Shown here piece after piece: positions 40,845-54,900 of a DNA stretch of 64,000 nucleotides (positions are counted from its first letter, which is position 1; each line of letters starts with the position of its first letter). Location of the stretch: contig OZ024758.1 in assembly GCA_964016885.1 (NCBI GenBank), forward strand, positions 28,458,001-28,522,000, in the 5' to 3' direction. The DNA is from Eledone cirrhosa. Lineage: Eukaryota. The position numbers and the translations under genes were made by a program. The notes under the pieces were generated by a model, which saw nothing but the letters and a program-made list of their open reading frames with translations, was not told where the DNA came from and did no database searches.

Positions 40845-41545
40845 ATAGAGGGTCAGACACCATGCTTTGATGCATAGAGTTACGGCCCTAGCCATTCTGA
40901 GTTCAAATCCAGCCGAGGTTAACTTTGCCTTTCATCCTTACGGGGTCGATAAAATAAAGTACCAGTAATGTACTGGTAATTGCTGGCCTTGTGCCAATAG
41001 TAGAAACAATTATTATCATGCTACCACTACCTATTGGTGGTGGATTGGCAGTATCAGTAGAGCATCAGACACCATGCTTTGTAGCATAGAGTTACGGCCC
41101 TTTACAGTCTAAGTTCAAATCCCGTCATGGTTAACTTTGCCTTTCATCCTTTTGGGGGTCAATAAAATAAAGCACCAGTAATGTACTGGGGTAATTGCTG
41201 GCTTTGTGCCAAAAGTAGAAACAATTATTATCATGCTCACCCCTCTTCCATTACACCTAACTCCTATCATGTTTTTATAATAGGGATGGCCTCAGATATA
41301 TCCATATTCAATAATAATACCTCTACTGTTAACCTTTATACTTTTTGTCTCTCTCTCTCTCCACCCTTCATCATTTACCATCATCCATATCTACTGGTAT
41401 AAACCCCTCATCTTTATCACTCCCATTATCATTATCCCGCCGAGGTTAACTTTGCCTTTCATCCTTACGGGGTCGATAAAATAAAGTACCAGTAATACAC
41501 TGGGTAATTGCTGGCCTTGTGCCTAAAGTAGAAACAATTATCATT
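40845..41545 (+). mobile_element. Cluster of three same-orientation SINE copies (40845-41015, 41035-41232, 41435-41545)
   Basis: Each has gttaactttgcctttcatcct...ggtc.ataaaataaag.accagtaat...gtagaaacaattat. Confidence 0.85.
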
Positions 41546-41767
41546 AACACTACTACTGTCTCGTCTCACTATCACATCTTATCTCAACATCAGCTCTGAC
41601 TGCATCCCTACTCATTGTTATCAGAGCACTGTTGGCTACCTGCAAGTGCAAGCCCTCTGAAGTGAACTGTCTGTTTCAGCACATCTCCCTCACCATCCTC
41701 TGGGGTAATGTTTTCTCCATCCTGTCAGCTGAGACCATAAAGCAGACTGACCCTTACATTTTATTAC

Positions 41768-42020
41768 TTCTTCTTCTTCTTTGCCCACTTATTCCTGAGA
41801 GGGTCATGGGGGAAGAGTCTTCAAACACTCCTTCCAGTGAGTTCTGTCAGAAGAAACCATCTCTAACTGATCCGGTTGGATCCCCAAGCGTGATCAACGA
41901 AGCTCATGGATGTTATCCAACCATCTTGCTCAGGGCCGACCCCTAGGTCTCCTACCTGTTGGTTTTATCCGTAAAATCTGTCCAGTGATTCTTTCCTGAG
42001 ACATTCTAACCACATGGCCA
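41768..42020 (-). mobile_element. RTE-clade LINE 3' fragment
   Basis: Minus translation GRRPRGRP*ARWLDNIHELR*SRLGI; (aag)n tail. Confidence 0.7.
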
Positions 42021-43910
42021 TAGTATGCTTGACATATATTTTTCAAAGATTTCAAGAGTTAAAAAGACTAAGTTATCTCACATGGATATCATTGTATCTT
42101 TCCCTCACTCTCCCACATGAGACACTTTGTTCACTCTCCTACTTACCTTCACCCATCTATGATGATACTTATCACCTGCCTCTCAATCCAATACTTTCCT
42201 CCTCTACAACAAACCATCTATTTTTTCTCACCAACAAGATTTTTAACTGGCATCTACCAGTCACTTACCATTACAGGTCTCTGTTACTAACTATTACTCT
42301 CTCTCTCTCACTCCTACCATCACACAAATTCCATAGCATTTGTGAAGCAGAGATCTAAAGTGTTGTTGACTAAGCTTGAACATAGTATTATTTATTCCAT
42401 AAACAGCATATTAGAAAGGTCAAGTGGAGATTCTGCTTGTCTTTTCTGTCTCAATCTACTTTTTATGAGATGTGTCTTGACGCTCACTCTTGGACTACTC
42501 AAGCACTTCTGTACTAAGAGACATATGCTACTAACTTATACTCAATAAATATCTCAGACAATTTTGATGAAAATGTTCAAACAGTCTCACATGTCTTTGC
42601 TGGATTGCTCATGTTTCACATGCATAAGTGTTAAAATGACACAAGCCTCTTAAACATTCAACTTTATGTCAAAGTATCCTTTTTACATAAGCATTTATGA
42701 ATACACACACATGCATATATTCATTGGCTCTCCTGAGTTTAGCTACCCTTTCACAGGTTTCGTTTTTCATCCAACAAGGGTTCAAAAACAATCCCTCTCA
42801 AAAGCAATGCAAGCTTGGTGGGGTTACCAGTTTAGTTGCTAACTGTCTGTATATGTCCAAGTTCTGATAGTTCAGGTGAATATTCAGTGATACACATGTG
42901 GGCACACAGAAACACATATACATGTATAAACACACATATAAAGAGGAATATGGATCTAAGCCTTAAATGTTAAAGTGGAAAGATGAATGCATAAATGCAT
43001 GGAAATAATGACCAGAAATAACAAGCAATATGATACATTTTCCAGAAACTAGTGGAGGGCATTGGGGTAGGAACACCTCTAAATTGCATGCATAGTGATT
43101 TTCATTAACAAACAGAAAACACAAAAGTAGTCCTAAAGGCTCTATTAATCAACTAAAGGAATTAATATAAAATAAACAGCTAATGTGTGAGAATGTGAGA
43201 GGAAAAGGTGAGGTTGAAATAAATAAATAAATAATGATAAAGTTTGTAAAGATCCATGGCTTAGAGGTTAAAGTGTTGACCTCACAGTTGGGCAGTACAT
43301 TGTGTCATTGAGCCATGCATTTCATATTGCTCCAATCTACCCGGCCAGAGACTAACCTTGTGATGGACTGATTTCCTATTCAAGAGATCATCTTGTATAC
43401 TAAGTTACTTAACACCTTATAAAATCAGAATTAGCTCCGGACCGATCAGCTTTTAAGTTTGAAATAGACTTTAATTGTTTTTATCTTAACTAACAATTTC
43501 ACTCTTGGGCACTTTTTCTTTGAAAAAAGAGACAATACAGAATGAGGAGGAGTCTTTTTATCATGTTGAGACAAGGCAACTTTTCTTGTGATAGCACCAT
43601 GATAAAATGCACCCAGTACACTCTGTAAAGTTATAGATCATCAAACAGAGACACTGTAGAGTGGAGAGGACTCCTTAGTCTTGTTGAGAATATGACAATC
43701 TCTCAAGAGCTGCTGCTATGATAAAATGCACCAAGTACACTCTGTTAAGTACAGCCCATGACAACATGGAATGTGTACACAAAAGAATAATGATGATAAC
43801 GATGATGATGAAGAAACTAATCTCAATTCAATGCTAGTAAATGTTACTTTTAAATGCTTGATAGCAGTATAAATAATATTTTAAATATACACAAGGAAAA
43901 TATAATTGAT

Positions 43911-44133
43911 TTAACCCTTTAGCATTTAAATCGGCTGTATCTGGCCAGAACTCCTTCACCTCTTTCTGTTCAAACTGGCTGTAACTGGCCACTGATGTTA
44001 AGGTATTGTTCACAAAATAAATAATATCAAAATCTCATAGATTGGATATTATGTGAAATAATTATGTGAGGTAAAGCCTTTGGCACAAAAATACAATAGT
44101 AAATGTTGAGTAAAGTAAATGCTAAAGGGTTAA
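43911..44133. mobile_element. piggyBac-type MITE family A
   Basis: TTAA-ccctttagcattta...taaatgctaaaggg-TTAA. Confidence 0.88.
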
Positions 44134-44481
44134 TGTAGAAATTAATTCTGTGATTTAAAACAAAATTTGTGGCTTAATCAAGTATTTTTAAAACCACAAA
44201 ACCAAGACCATATTATGCTATTCTAATTAATGATATGCCTCAATAACACACACACATGCACACACACACACATTAATTAATTAAAATCTAATTATAAATA
44301 TTAATTATTTTGTAAAATATGTGAGGTGCAGGAGAAAACCCCCAAAAAACAACAAAGATAACAACAAAAGACAGAAGAAAGAAAAAGTATTATACATCTA
44401 TTTAATACTACCAGAATGAATATCATGCAAAAATGAATATGAAAATGTGTAAACAGGAGTGCATAAGTTTATAGCACCTAC

Positions 44482-44514
44482 CACCTGAAACAAGCCCTGC
44501 AGCAGCAGCAGCAG
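44482..44514 (-). CDS. CADPS: Candidate 33-nt (or 30-nt) symmetric phase-1 microexon of CADPS, (A)AAAAAGLVSG
   Basis: Minus strand: cccactttttttactccAG|CT GCT GCT GCT GCT GCA GGG CTT GTT TCA GGT G|GTAGGT. Second in-frame donor CAG|GTGGTA gives 44485-44514. GC-rich island in AT-rich non-repetitive DNA, no stop in phase 1. Confidence 0.6.
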
Positions 44515-44749
44515 CTGGAGTAAAAAAAGTGGGAATTCTAATGTTAAAAGTTAAATATAATAACAACAATAAATCAATTAAATAATAATAAATGTATTAG
44601 AAATGTCATAAATTATTTTAAAAGTTTTATTTTAAAATATCATGTTATTAATTTACAAAAAAAAAATTTATTACAGGAAAAATAAAAATGTCTTTTTAAA
44701 TTGTGTATGATAGAATTATGATATCAGATGTGTCTTGCAGTATTTAGTT

Positions 44750-44885
44750 CTGTATCTGTGTGTATATCATGACTCATATACTGTTCACTTTCCTGACATT
44801 TGTACATTATTCTATATACTATACATGCACCTTTGATGAGTTGTAGTGCACCTGAGCACTGTACACAATAATTTTCATTATTATT
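44750..44885 (+). mobile_element. CR1 LINE 3' UTR fragment
   Basis: Homologous to 7945-8070. Confidence 0.8.
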
Positions 44886-44984
44886 TTATATTTATGTTCC
44901 CAGTATAAATTCAACTAACGTCAACTTTACCTTTTATTCTTCCAAGGTAAATAGACTGGAATCTATATAATAGACAGTATATAG

Positions 44985-45503
44985 TACAGTGTACCCGAAG
45001 AATTCATGCTCCTGACATTTGCAACCCCAGTTATTCACGGAATTTTCCTGAGAAACCCAACTAATAATTGTTCGTAGAAACCACTGCATATTCGCAGAAT
45101 TGTAAATATCTTCCGTGAGTTTTTATGGCTTTTTTCATGGCAAGATATATTTTTTAACTTTGGTAATTCCATGGAATTACCAAAGTTAAATCTTGCCATG
45201 AAAAAAGCCATAAAAACTCACGGAAGATATTTACAATTCCGCGAATATGCAGTGGTTTCTACGAACAATTATTAGTTGGGTTTCTAATGAAAATTTCGCG
45301 AATATATTTTTTAATGCTAAATTATTAATAACAATATACCATATTTGCTGGCTTATTGGATGCGCCATGTTTTTTTAATATATTTTATGTTATATTCTGA
45401 TATTTATAGGCATTTTTATGGACTATGTTCAATATTTGCAGTTTTTCACTCTTTGTGGGTGCTCCAAGAATGTAACCCCCCCATGAATACCAGGGGATAA
45501 CTG
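44985..45503. mobile_element. Putative Tc1/mariner MITE with internal ~270-bp palindrome (45032-45304)
   Basis: Decayed TIRs tacagtgtacccgaagaattcatg / catgaataccaggggataactg; near-perfect loopless palindrome centred on ccatgg at 45169-45174. Confidence 0.65.
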
Positions 45504-45589
45504 AACTGCAGTATTTAGCTATGTATTATATATTTATGTTCCCAGTACAAATTCTACTAACATCAACTAAACAGTATATAGTGGAGGCA

Positions 45590-45893
45590 CTCCGTTGGTT
45601 AAGTCAACGAGTGTTCCAATTGATCCAATCAATGAAACATCCTGCTCATGAGATTAATGTGCAAGCGGCTGAGCATTCCACAGGCGCGTGTCCCCTTAAC
45701 GTAGTTCTCTGGGAGATTCAGTGTGAGACAGAATGTGACAAGACTGGGCAATTAAAACTACAGGTAAAACTTATTTTAGCCAGCTGAGTGGACTGAAGCA
45801 ATGGAAATAAAGTGTCTTGCTCAAGGACACAATGCACTGCCGGAAATCAAACTCATGACCTTACGATTGTGAGCCAAATACCATAACCATATA
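45590..45893 (-). mobile_element. tRNA-derived SINE
   Basis: aaataaagtgtcttgctcaaggacacaa...cgattgtgagcc is the reverse complement of the 23268 head. Confidence 0.8.
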
Positions 45894-45956
45894 TTATATA
45901 TACATGTTCCCAGTACAAATTCTACTACAGTCAACTATATCTTTCATTCTTCCAAA

Positions 45957-48900
45957 GTCACCCAGGACCATGAGGTAGACTAGAGTGACAGTCTTCTCCA
46001 TCCTGTCACCCAGGACCATGAGGTAGACTAGAGTGACAGTCTTCTCCATCCTGTCACCCAGGACCATGAGGTAGACTAGAGTGACAGTCTTCTCCATCTT
46101 GTCACCCAGTACCATGAGGTAGACTAGAGTGGCAGTCTTCTCCATCCTGTCAGCCAGGACTATGAGGTAGACTAGAGTGACAGTCTTCTCCATCCTGTCA
46201 CCCAGGACCATGAGGTAGACTAGAGTGACAGTCTTCTCCATCTTGTCACCCAGGACCATGAGGTAGACTAGAGTGACAGTCTTCTCCATCCTGTCACCCA
46301 GGACCATGAGGTAGACTAGAGTGACAGTCTTCTCCATCTTGTCACCCAACACCATGAGGTAGACTAGAGTGACAGTCTTCTCCATCCTGTCACCCAGGAC
46401 CATGAGGTAGACTAGAGTGACAGTCTTCTCCATCTTGTCACCCAGGACCATGAGGTAGACTAGAGTGACAGTCTTCTCCATCTTGTCACCCAGGACCATG
46501 AGGTAGACTAGAGTGACAGTCTTCTCCATGTTGTCACCCAGGACCATGAGGTAGACTAGAGTGACAGTCTTCTCCATGTTGTCACCCAGGACCATGAGGT
46601 AGACTAGAGTGACAGTCTTCTCCATCCTGTCACCCAGGACCATGAGGTAGACTAGAGTGACAGTCTTCTCCATCTTGTCACCCAGGACCATGAGGTAGAC
46701 TAGAGTGACAGTCTTCTCCATCCTGTCACCCAGGACCATGAGGTAGACTAGAGTGACAGTCTTCTCCATCCTGTCACCCAGGACCATGAGGTAGACTAGA
46801 GTGGCAGTCTTCTCCATCTTGTCACCCAGGACCATGAGGTTGACTAGAGTGACAGTCTTCTCCATCTTGTCACCCAACACCATGAGGTAGACTAGAGTGA
46901 CAGTCTTCTCCATCCTGTCACCCAGGACCATGAGGTAGACTAGAGTGACAGTCTTCTCCATCTTGTCACCTAACACCATGAGGTAGACTAGAGTGACAGT
47001 CTTCTCCATCTTGTCACCCAACACCATGAGGTAGACTAGAGTGACAGTCTTCTCCATCTTGTCACCCAACACCATGAGGTAGACTAGAGTGACAGTCTTC
47101 TCCATCTTGTCACCCAGGACCATGAGGTAGACTAGAGTGGCAGTCTTCTCCATCTTGTCACCCAACACCATGAGGTAGACTAGAGTGACAGTCTTCTCCA
47201 TCCTGTCACCCAGGACCATGAGGTAGACTAGAGTGACAGTCTTCTCCATCCTGTCACCCAGGACCATGAGGTAGACTAGAGTGACAGTCTTCTCCATCTT
47301 GTCACCCAGGACCATGAGGTAGACTAGAGTGACAGTCTTCTCCATCCTGTCACCCAACACCATGAGGTAGACTAGAGTGACAGTCTTCTCCATCCTGTCA
47401 CCCAGGACCATGAGGTAGACTAGAGTGACAGTCTTCTCCATCCTGTCACCCAACACCATGAGGTAGACTAGAGTGACAGTCTTCTCCATCCTGTCACCCA
47501 ACACCATGAGGAAGACTAGAGTGACAGTCTTCTCCATCCTGTCACCCAACACCATGAGGTAGACTAGAGTGACAGTCTTCTCCATCTTGTCACCCAGGAC
47601 CATGAGGTAGACTAGAGTGACAGTCTTCTCCATCCTGTCACCCAGGACCATGAGGTAGACTAGAGTGACAGTCTTCTCCATCTTGTCACCCAGGACCATG
47701 AGGTAGACTAGAGTGGCAGTCTTCTCCATCTTGTCACCCAGGACCATGAGGTAGACTAGAGTGGCAGTCTTCTCCATCTTGTCACCCAGGACCATGAGGT
47801 AGACTAGAGTGACAGTCTTCTCCATCTTGTCACCCAACACCATGAGGTAGACTAGAGTGACAGTCTTCTCCATCTTGTCACCCAGGACCATGAGGTAGAC
47901 TAGAGTGGCAGTCTTCTCCATCCTGTCACCCAGGACCATGAGGTAGACTAGAGTGACAGTCTTCTCCATCTTGTCACCCAGGACCATGAGGTAGACTAGA
48001 GTGGCAGTCTTCTCCATCTTGTCACCCAGGACCCTGAGGTAGACTAGAGTGGCAGTCTTCTCCATCTTGTCACCCAGGACCATGAGGTAGACTAGAGTGA
48101 CAGTCTTCTCCATCTTGTCACCCAGGACCATGAGGTAGACTAGAGTGACAGTCTTCTCCATCCTGTCACCCAGGACCATGAGGTAGACTAGAGTGACAGT
48201 CTTCTCCATCTTGTCACCCAACACCATGAGGTAGACTAGAGTGGCAGTCTTCTCCATCTTGTCACCCAGGACCATGAGGTAGACTAGAGTGGCAGTCTTC
48301 TCCATCTTGTCACCCAGGACCATGAGTTAGACTAGAGTGACAGTCTTCTCCATCCTGTCACCCAACACCATGAGGTAGACTAGAGTGACAGTCTTCTCCA
48401 TCCTGTCACCCAACACCATGAGGTAGACTAGAGTGACAGTCTTCTCCATCTTGTCACCCAGGACCATGAGGTAGACTAGAGTGACAGTCTTCTCCATCTT
48501 GTCACCCAGGACCATGAGGTAGACTAGAGTGACAGTCTTCTCCATCCTGTCACCCAACACCATGAGGTAGACTAGAGTGACAGTCTTCTCCATCCTGTCA
48601 CCCAACACCATGAGGTAGACTAGAGTGACAGTCTTCTCCATCTTGTCACCCAGGACCATGAGGTAGACTAGAGTGACAGTCTTCTCCATCCTGTCACCCA
48701 ACACCATGAGGTAGACTAGAGTGACAGTCTTCTCCATCCTGTCAACCACCACCAAGAGGTAGACTAGAGTGACAGTCTTCTCCATCTTGTCACCCAGGAC
48801 CATGAGGTAGACTAGAGTGACAGTCTTCTCCATCCTGTCACCCAGGACCATGAGGTAGACTAGAGTGGCAGTCTTCTCCATCCTGTCACCCAACACCATG

Positions 48901-51900
48901 AGGTAGACTAGAGTGACAGTCTTCTCCATCTTGTCACCCAACACCATGAGGTAGACTAGAGTGACAGTCTTCTCCATCCTGTCACCCAACACCATGAGGT
49001 AGACTAGAGTGACAGTCTTCACCATCCTGTCACCCAACACCATGAGGTAGACTAGAGTGACAGTCTTCTCCATCCTGTCACCCAACACCATGAGGTAGAC
49101 TAGAGTGACAGTCTTCTCCATCCTGTCAACCACCACCAAGAGGTAGACTAGAGTGACAGTCTTCTCCATCTTGTCACCCAACACCATGAGGTAGACTAGA
49201 GTGACAGTCTTCTCCATCCTGTCAACCACCACCAAGAGGTAGACTAGAGTGACAGTCTTCTCCATCTTGTCACCCAACACCATGAGGTAGACTAGAGTGA
49301 CAGTCTTCTCCATCCTGTCACCCAGGACCATGAGGTAGACTAGAGTGGCAGTCTTCTCCATCCTGTCACCCAACACCATGAGGTAGACTAGAGTGACAGT
49401 CTTCTCCATCTTGTCACCCAACACCATGAGGTAGACTAGAGTGACAGTCTTCTCCATCCTGTCACCCAACACCATGAGGTAGACTAGAGTGACAGTCTTC
49501 TCCATCCTGTCACCCAACACCATGAGGTAGACTAGAGTGACAGTCTTCTCCATCCTGTCAACCACCACCAAGAGGTAGACTAGAGTGACAGTCTTCTCCA
49601 TCTTGTCACCCAGGACCATGAGGTAGACTAGAGTGACAGTCTTCTCCATCCTGTCACCCAGGACCATGAGGTAGACTAGAGTGACAGTCTTCTCCATCCT
49701 GTCACCCAGGACCATGAGGTAGACTAGAGTGACAGTCTTCTCCATCCTGTCACCCAGGACCATGAGGTAGACTAGAGTGACAGTCTTCTCCATCCTGTCA
49801 CCCAGGACCATGAGGTAGACTAGAGTGACAGTCTTCTCCATCTTGTCACCCAGGACCATGAGGTAGACTAGAGTGACAGTCTTCTCCATCCTGTCACCCA
49901 ACACCATGAGGTAGACTAGAGTGACAGTCTTCTCCATCCTGTCACCCAACACCATGAGGTAGACTAGAGTGACAGTCTTCTCAATCTTGTCACCCAACAC
50001 CATGAGGTAGACTAGAGTGACAGTCTTCTCCATCCTGTCACCCAACACCATGAGGTAGACTAGAGTGGCAGTCTTCTCCATCCTGTCACCCAGGACCATG
50101 AGGTAGACTAGAGTGACAGTCTTCTCCATCTTGTCACCCAGGACCATGAGGTAGACTAGAGTGACAGTCTTCTCCATCTTGTCACCCAGGACCATGAGGT
50201 AGACTAGAGTGGCAGTCTTCTCCATCCTGTCTCCCAGGACCATGAGGTAGACTAGAGTGACAGTCTTCTCCATCCTGTCAACCACCACCAAGAGGTAGAC
50301 TAGAGTGGCAGTCTTCTCCATCCTGTCACCCAGGACTATGAGGTAGACTAGAGTGACAGTCTTCTCCATCTTGTCACCCAGGACCATGAGGTAGACTAGA
50401 GTGACAGTCTTCTCCATCCTGTCACCCAACACCATGAGGTAGACTAGAGTGACAGTCTTCTCCATCCTGTCACCCAGGACCATGAGGTAGACTAGAGTGA
50501 CAGTCTTCTCCATCTTGTCACCCAGGACCATGAGGTAGACTAGAGTGACAGTCTTCTCCATCCTGTCACCCAACACCATGAGGTAGACTAGAGTGACAGT
50601 CTTCTCCATCCTGTCACCCAACACCATGAGGTAGACTAGAGTGACAGTCTTCTCAATCTTGTCACCCAACACCATGAGGTAGACTAGAGTGACAGTCTTC
50701 TCCATCCTGTCACCCAACACCATGAGGTAGACTAGAGTGACAGTCTTCTCCATCCTGTCACCCAACACCATGAGGTAGACTAGAGTGACAGTCTTCTCCA
50801 TCCTGTCACCCAACACCATGAGGTAGACTAGAGTGGCAGTCTTCTCCATCTTGTCACCCAGGACCATGAGGTAGACTAGAGTGACAGTCTTCTCCATCTT
50901 GTCACCCAGGACCATGAGGTAGACTAGAGTGGCAGTCTTCTCCATCTTGTCACCCAGGACCATGAGGTAGACTAGAGTGACAGTCTTCTCCATCTTGTCA
51001 CCTAACACCATGAGGTAGACTAGAGTGACAGTCTTCTCCATCCTGTCACCCAGGACCATGAGGTAGACTAGAGTGACAGTCTTCTCCATCCTGTCACCCA
51101 GGACCATGAGGTAGACTAGAGTGGCAGTCTTCTCCATCCTGTCACCCAGGACCATGAGGTAGACTAGAGTGACAGTCTTCTCCATCTTGTCACCCAGGAC
51201 CATGAGGTAGACTAGAGTGACAGTCTTCTCCATCCTGTCACCCAGGACCATGAGGTAGACTAGAGTGGCAGTCTTCTCCATCTTGTCACCCAGGACCATG
51301 AGGTAGACTAGAGTGACAGTCTTCTCCATCCTGTCACCCAGGACCATGAGGTAGACTAGAGTGACAGTCTTCTCCATCCTGTCACCCAGGACCATGAGGT
51401 AGACTAGAGTGACAGTCTTCTCCATCCTGTCGCCCAGGACCATGAGGTAGACTAGAGTGACAGTCTTCTCCATCTTGTCACCCAGGACCATGAGGTAGAC
51501 TAGAGTGACAGTCTTCTCCATCCTGTCACCCAGGACCATGAGGTAGACTAGAGTGACAGTCTTCTCCATCCTGTCACCCAGGACCATGAGGTAGACTAGA
51601 GTGACAGGCTTCTCCATCCTGTCACCCAGGACCATGAGGTAGACTAGAGTGACAGTCTTCTCCATCCTGTCACCCAGGACCATGAGGTAGACTAGAGTGA
51701 CAGTCTTCTCCATCTTGTCACCCAGGACCATGAGGTAGACTAGAGTGACAGTCTTCTCCATCTTGTCACCCAGGACAATGAGGTAGACTAGAGTGACAGT
51801 CTTCTCCATCCTGTCACCCAGGACCATGAGGTAGACTAGAGTGACAGTCTTCTCCATCCTGTCACCCAGGACCATGAGGTAGACTAGAGTGACAGTCTTC

Positions 51901-54900
51901 TCCATCCTGTCACCCAACACCATGAGGTAAACTAGAGTGACAGTCTTCTCCATCCTGTCACCCAGGACCATGAGGTAGACTAGAGTGACAGTCTTCTCCA
52001 TCCTGTCACCCAACACCATGAGGTAAACTAGAGTGACAGTCTTCTCCATCTTGTCACCCAGGACCATGAGGTAGACTAGAGTGACAGTCTTCTCCATCTT
52101 GTCACCCAGGACCATGAGGTAGACTAGAGTGACAGTCTTCTCCATCCTGTCACCCAGGACCATGAGGTAGACTAGAGTGACAGTCTTCTCCATCCTGTCA
52201 CCCAGGACCATGAGGTAGACTAGAGTGACAGTCTTCTCCATCTTGTCACCCAGGACCATGAGGTAGACTAGAGTGACAGTCTTCTCCATCTTGTCACACA
52301 GGACCATGAGGTAGACTAGAGTGGCAGTCTTCTCTATCTTGTCACCCAGGACCATGAGGTAGACTAGAGTGGCAGTCTTCTCCATCTTGTCACCCAGGAC
52401 CATGAGGTAGACTAGAGTGGCAGTCTTCTCCATCTTGTCACCCAGGACCATGAGGTAGACTAGAGTGGCAGTCTTCTCTATCTTGTCACCCAGGACCATG
52501 AGGTAGACTAGAGTGGCAGTCTTCTCCATCTTGTCACCCAGGACCATGAGGTAGACTAGAGTGGCAGTCTTCTCCATCCTGTCACCCAACACCATGAGGT
52601 AGACTAGAGTGACAGTCTTCTCCATCTTGTCACCCAGGACCACGAGGTAGACTAGAGTGACAGTCTTCTCCATCTTGTCACCCAACACCATGAGGTAGAC
52701 TAGAGTGACAGTCTTCTCCATCTTGTCACCCAGGACCATGAGGTAGACTAGAGTGACAGTCTTCTCCATCTTGTCACCCAGGACCATGAGGTAGACTAGA
52801 GTGACAGTCTTCTCCATCCTGTCACCCAGGACCATGAGGTAGACTAGAGTGACAGTCTTCTCCATCCTGTCACCCAGGACCATGAGGTAGACTAGAGTGA
52901 CAGTCTTCTCCATCCTGTCACCCAACACCATGAGGTAGACTAGAATGACAGTCTTCTCCATCCTGTCACCCAGGACCATGAGGTAGACTAGAGTGACAGT
53001 TTTCTCCATCCTGTCACCCAGGACCATGAGGTAGACTAGAGTGACAGTCTTCTCCATCCTGTCACCCAGGACCATGAGGTAGACTAGAGTGACAGTCTTC
53101 TCCATCCTGTCACCCAGGACCATGAGGTAGACTAGAGTGGCAGTCTTCTCCATCCTGTCACCCAACACCATGAGGTAGACTAGAGTGGCAGTCTTCTCCA
53201 TCCTGTCACCCAACACCATGAGGTAGACTAGAGTGACAGTCTTCTCCATCCTGTCACCCAACACCATGAGGTAGACTAGAGTGACAGTCTTCTCCATCTT
53301 GTCACCCAGGACCATGAGGTAGACTAGAGTGACAGTCTTCTCCATCCTGTCACCCAACACCATGAGGTAGACTAGAGTGACAGTCTTCTCCATCTTGTCA
53401 CCCAGGACCATGAGGTAGACTAGAGTGGCAGCCTTCTCCATCTTGTCACCCAGGACCATGAGGTAGACTAGAGTGACAGTCTTCTCCATCTTGTCACCCA
53501 GTACCATGAGGTAGACTAGAGTGACAGTCTTCTCCATCTTGTCACCCAGGACCATGAGGTAGACTAGAGTGGCAGTCTTCTCCATCTTGTCACCCAGGAC
53601 CATGAGGTAGACTAGAGTGACAGTCTTCTCCATCCTGTCACCCAACACCATGAGGTAGACTAGAGTGACAGTCTTCTCCATCTTGTCACCCAGGACCATG
53701 AGGTAGACTAGAGTGACAGTCTTCTCCATCTTGTCACCCAACACCAAGAGGTAGACTAGAGTGACAGTCTTCTCCATCCTGTCACCCAACACCATGAGGT
53801 AGACTAGAGTGACAGTCTTCTCCATCTTGTCACCCAGGACCATGAGGTAGACTAGAGTGGCAGTCTTCTCCATCTTGTCACCCAACACCAAGAGGTAGAC
53901 TAGAGTGACAGTCTTCTCCATCCTGTCACCCAACACCATGAGGTAGACTAGAGTGGCAGTCTTCTCCATCTTGTCACCCAGGACCATGAGGTAGACTAGA
54001 GTGACAGTCTTCTCCATCCTGTCACCCAGGACCATGAGGTAGACTAGAGTGACAGTCTTCTCCATCCTGTCACCCAACACCATGAGGTAGACTAGAGTGA
54101 CAGTCTTCTCCATCTTGTCACCCAACACCAAGAGGTAGACTAGAGTGGCAGTCTTCTCCATCCTGTCACCCAACACCATGAGGTAGACTAGAGTGACAGT
54201 CTTCTCCATCTTGTCACCCAACACCAAGAGGTAGACTAGAGTGACAGTCTTCTCCATCTTGTCACCCAGGACCAAGAGGTAGACTAGAGTGACAGTCTTC
54301 TCCATCCTGTCACCCAACACCATGAGGTAGACTAGAGTGACAGTCTTCTCCATCTTGTCACCCAACACCAAGAGGTAGACTAGAGTGACAGTCTTCTCCA
54401 TCTTGTCACCCAGGACCAAGAGGTAGACTAGAGTGACAGTCTTCTCCATCCTGTCACCCAACACCATGAGGTAGACTAGAGTGACAGTCTTCTCCATCTT
54501 GTCACCCAACACCAAGAGGTAGACTAGAGTGACAGTCTTCTCCATCTTGTCACCCAGGACCAAGAGGTAGACTAGAGTGACAGTCTTCTCCATCCTGTCA
54601 CCCAACACCATGAGGTAGACTAGAGTGACAGTCTTCTCCATCCTGTCACCCAACACCATGAGGTAGACTAGAGTGACAGTCTTCTCCATCTTGTCACCCA
54701 GGACCATGAGGTAGACTAGAGTGACAGTCTTCTCCATCCTGTCACCCAACACCATGAGGTAGACTAGAGTGACAGTCTTCTCCATCTTGTCACCCAGGAC
54801 CATGAGGTAGACTAGAGTGGCAGTCTTCTCCATCTTGTCACCCAGGACCATGAGGTAGACTAGAGTGACAGTCTTCTCCATCTTGTCACCCAGGACCATG

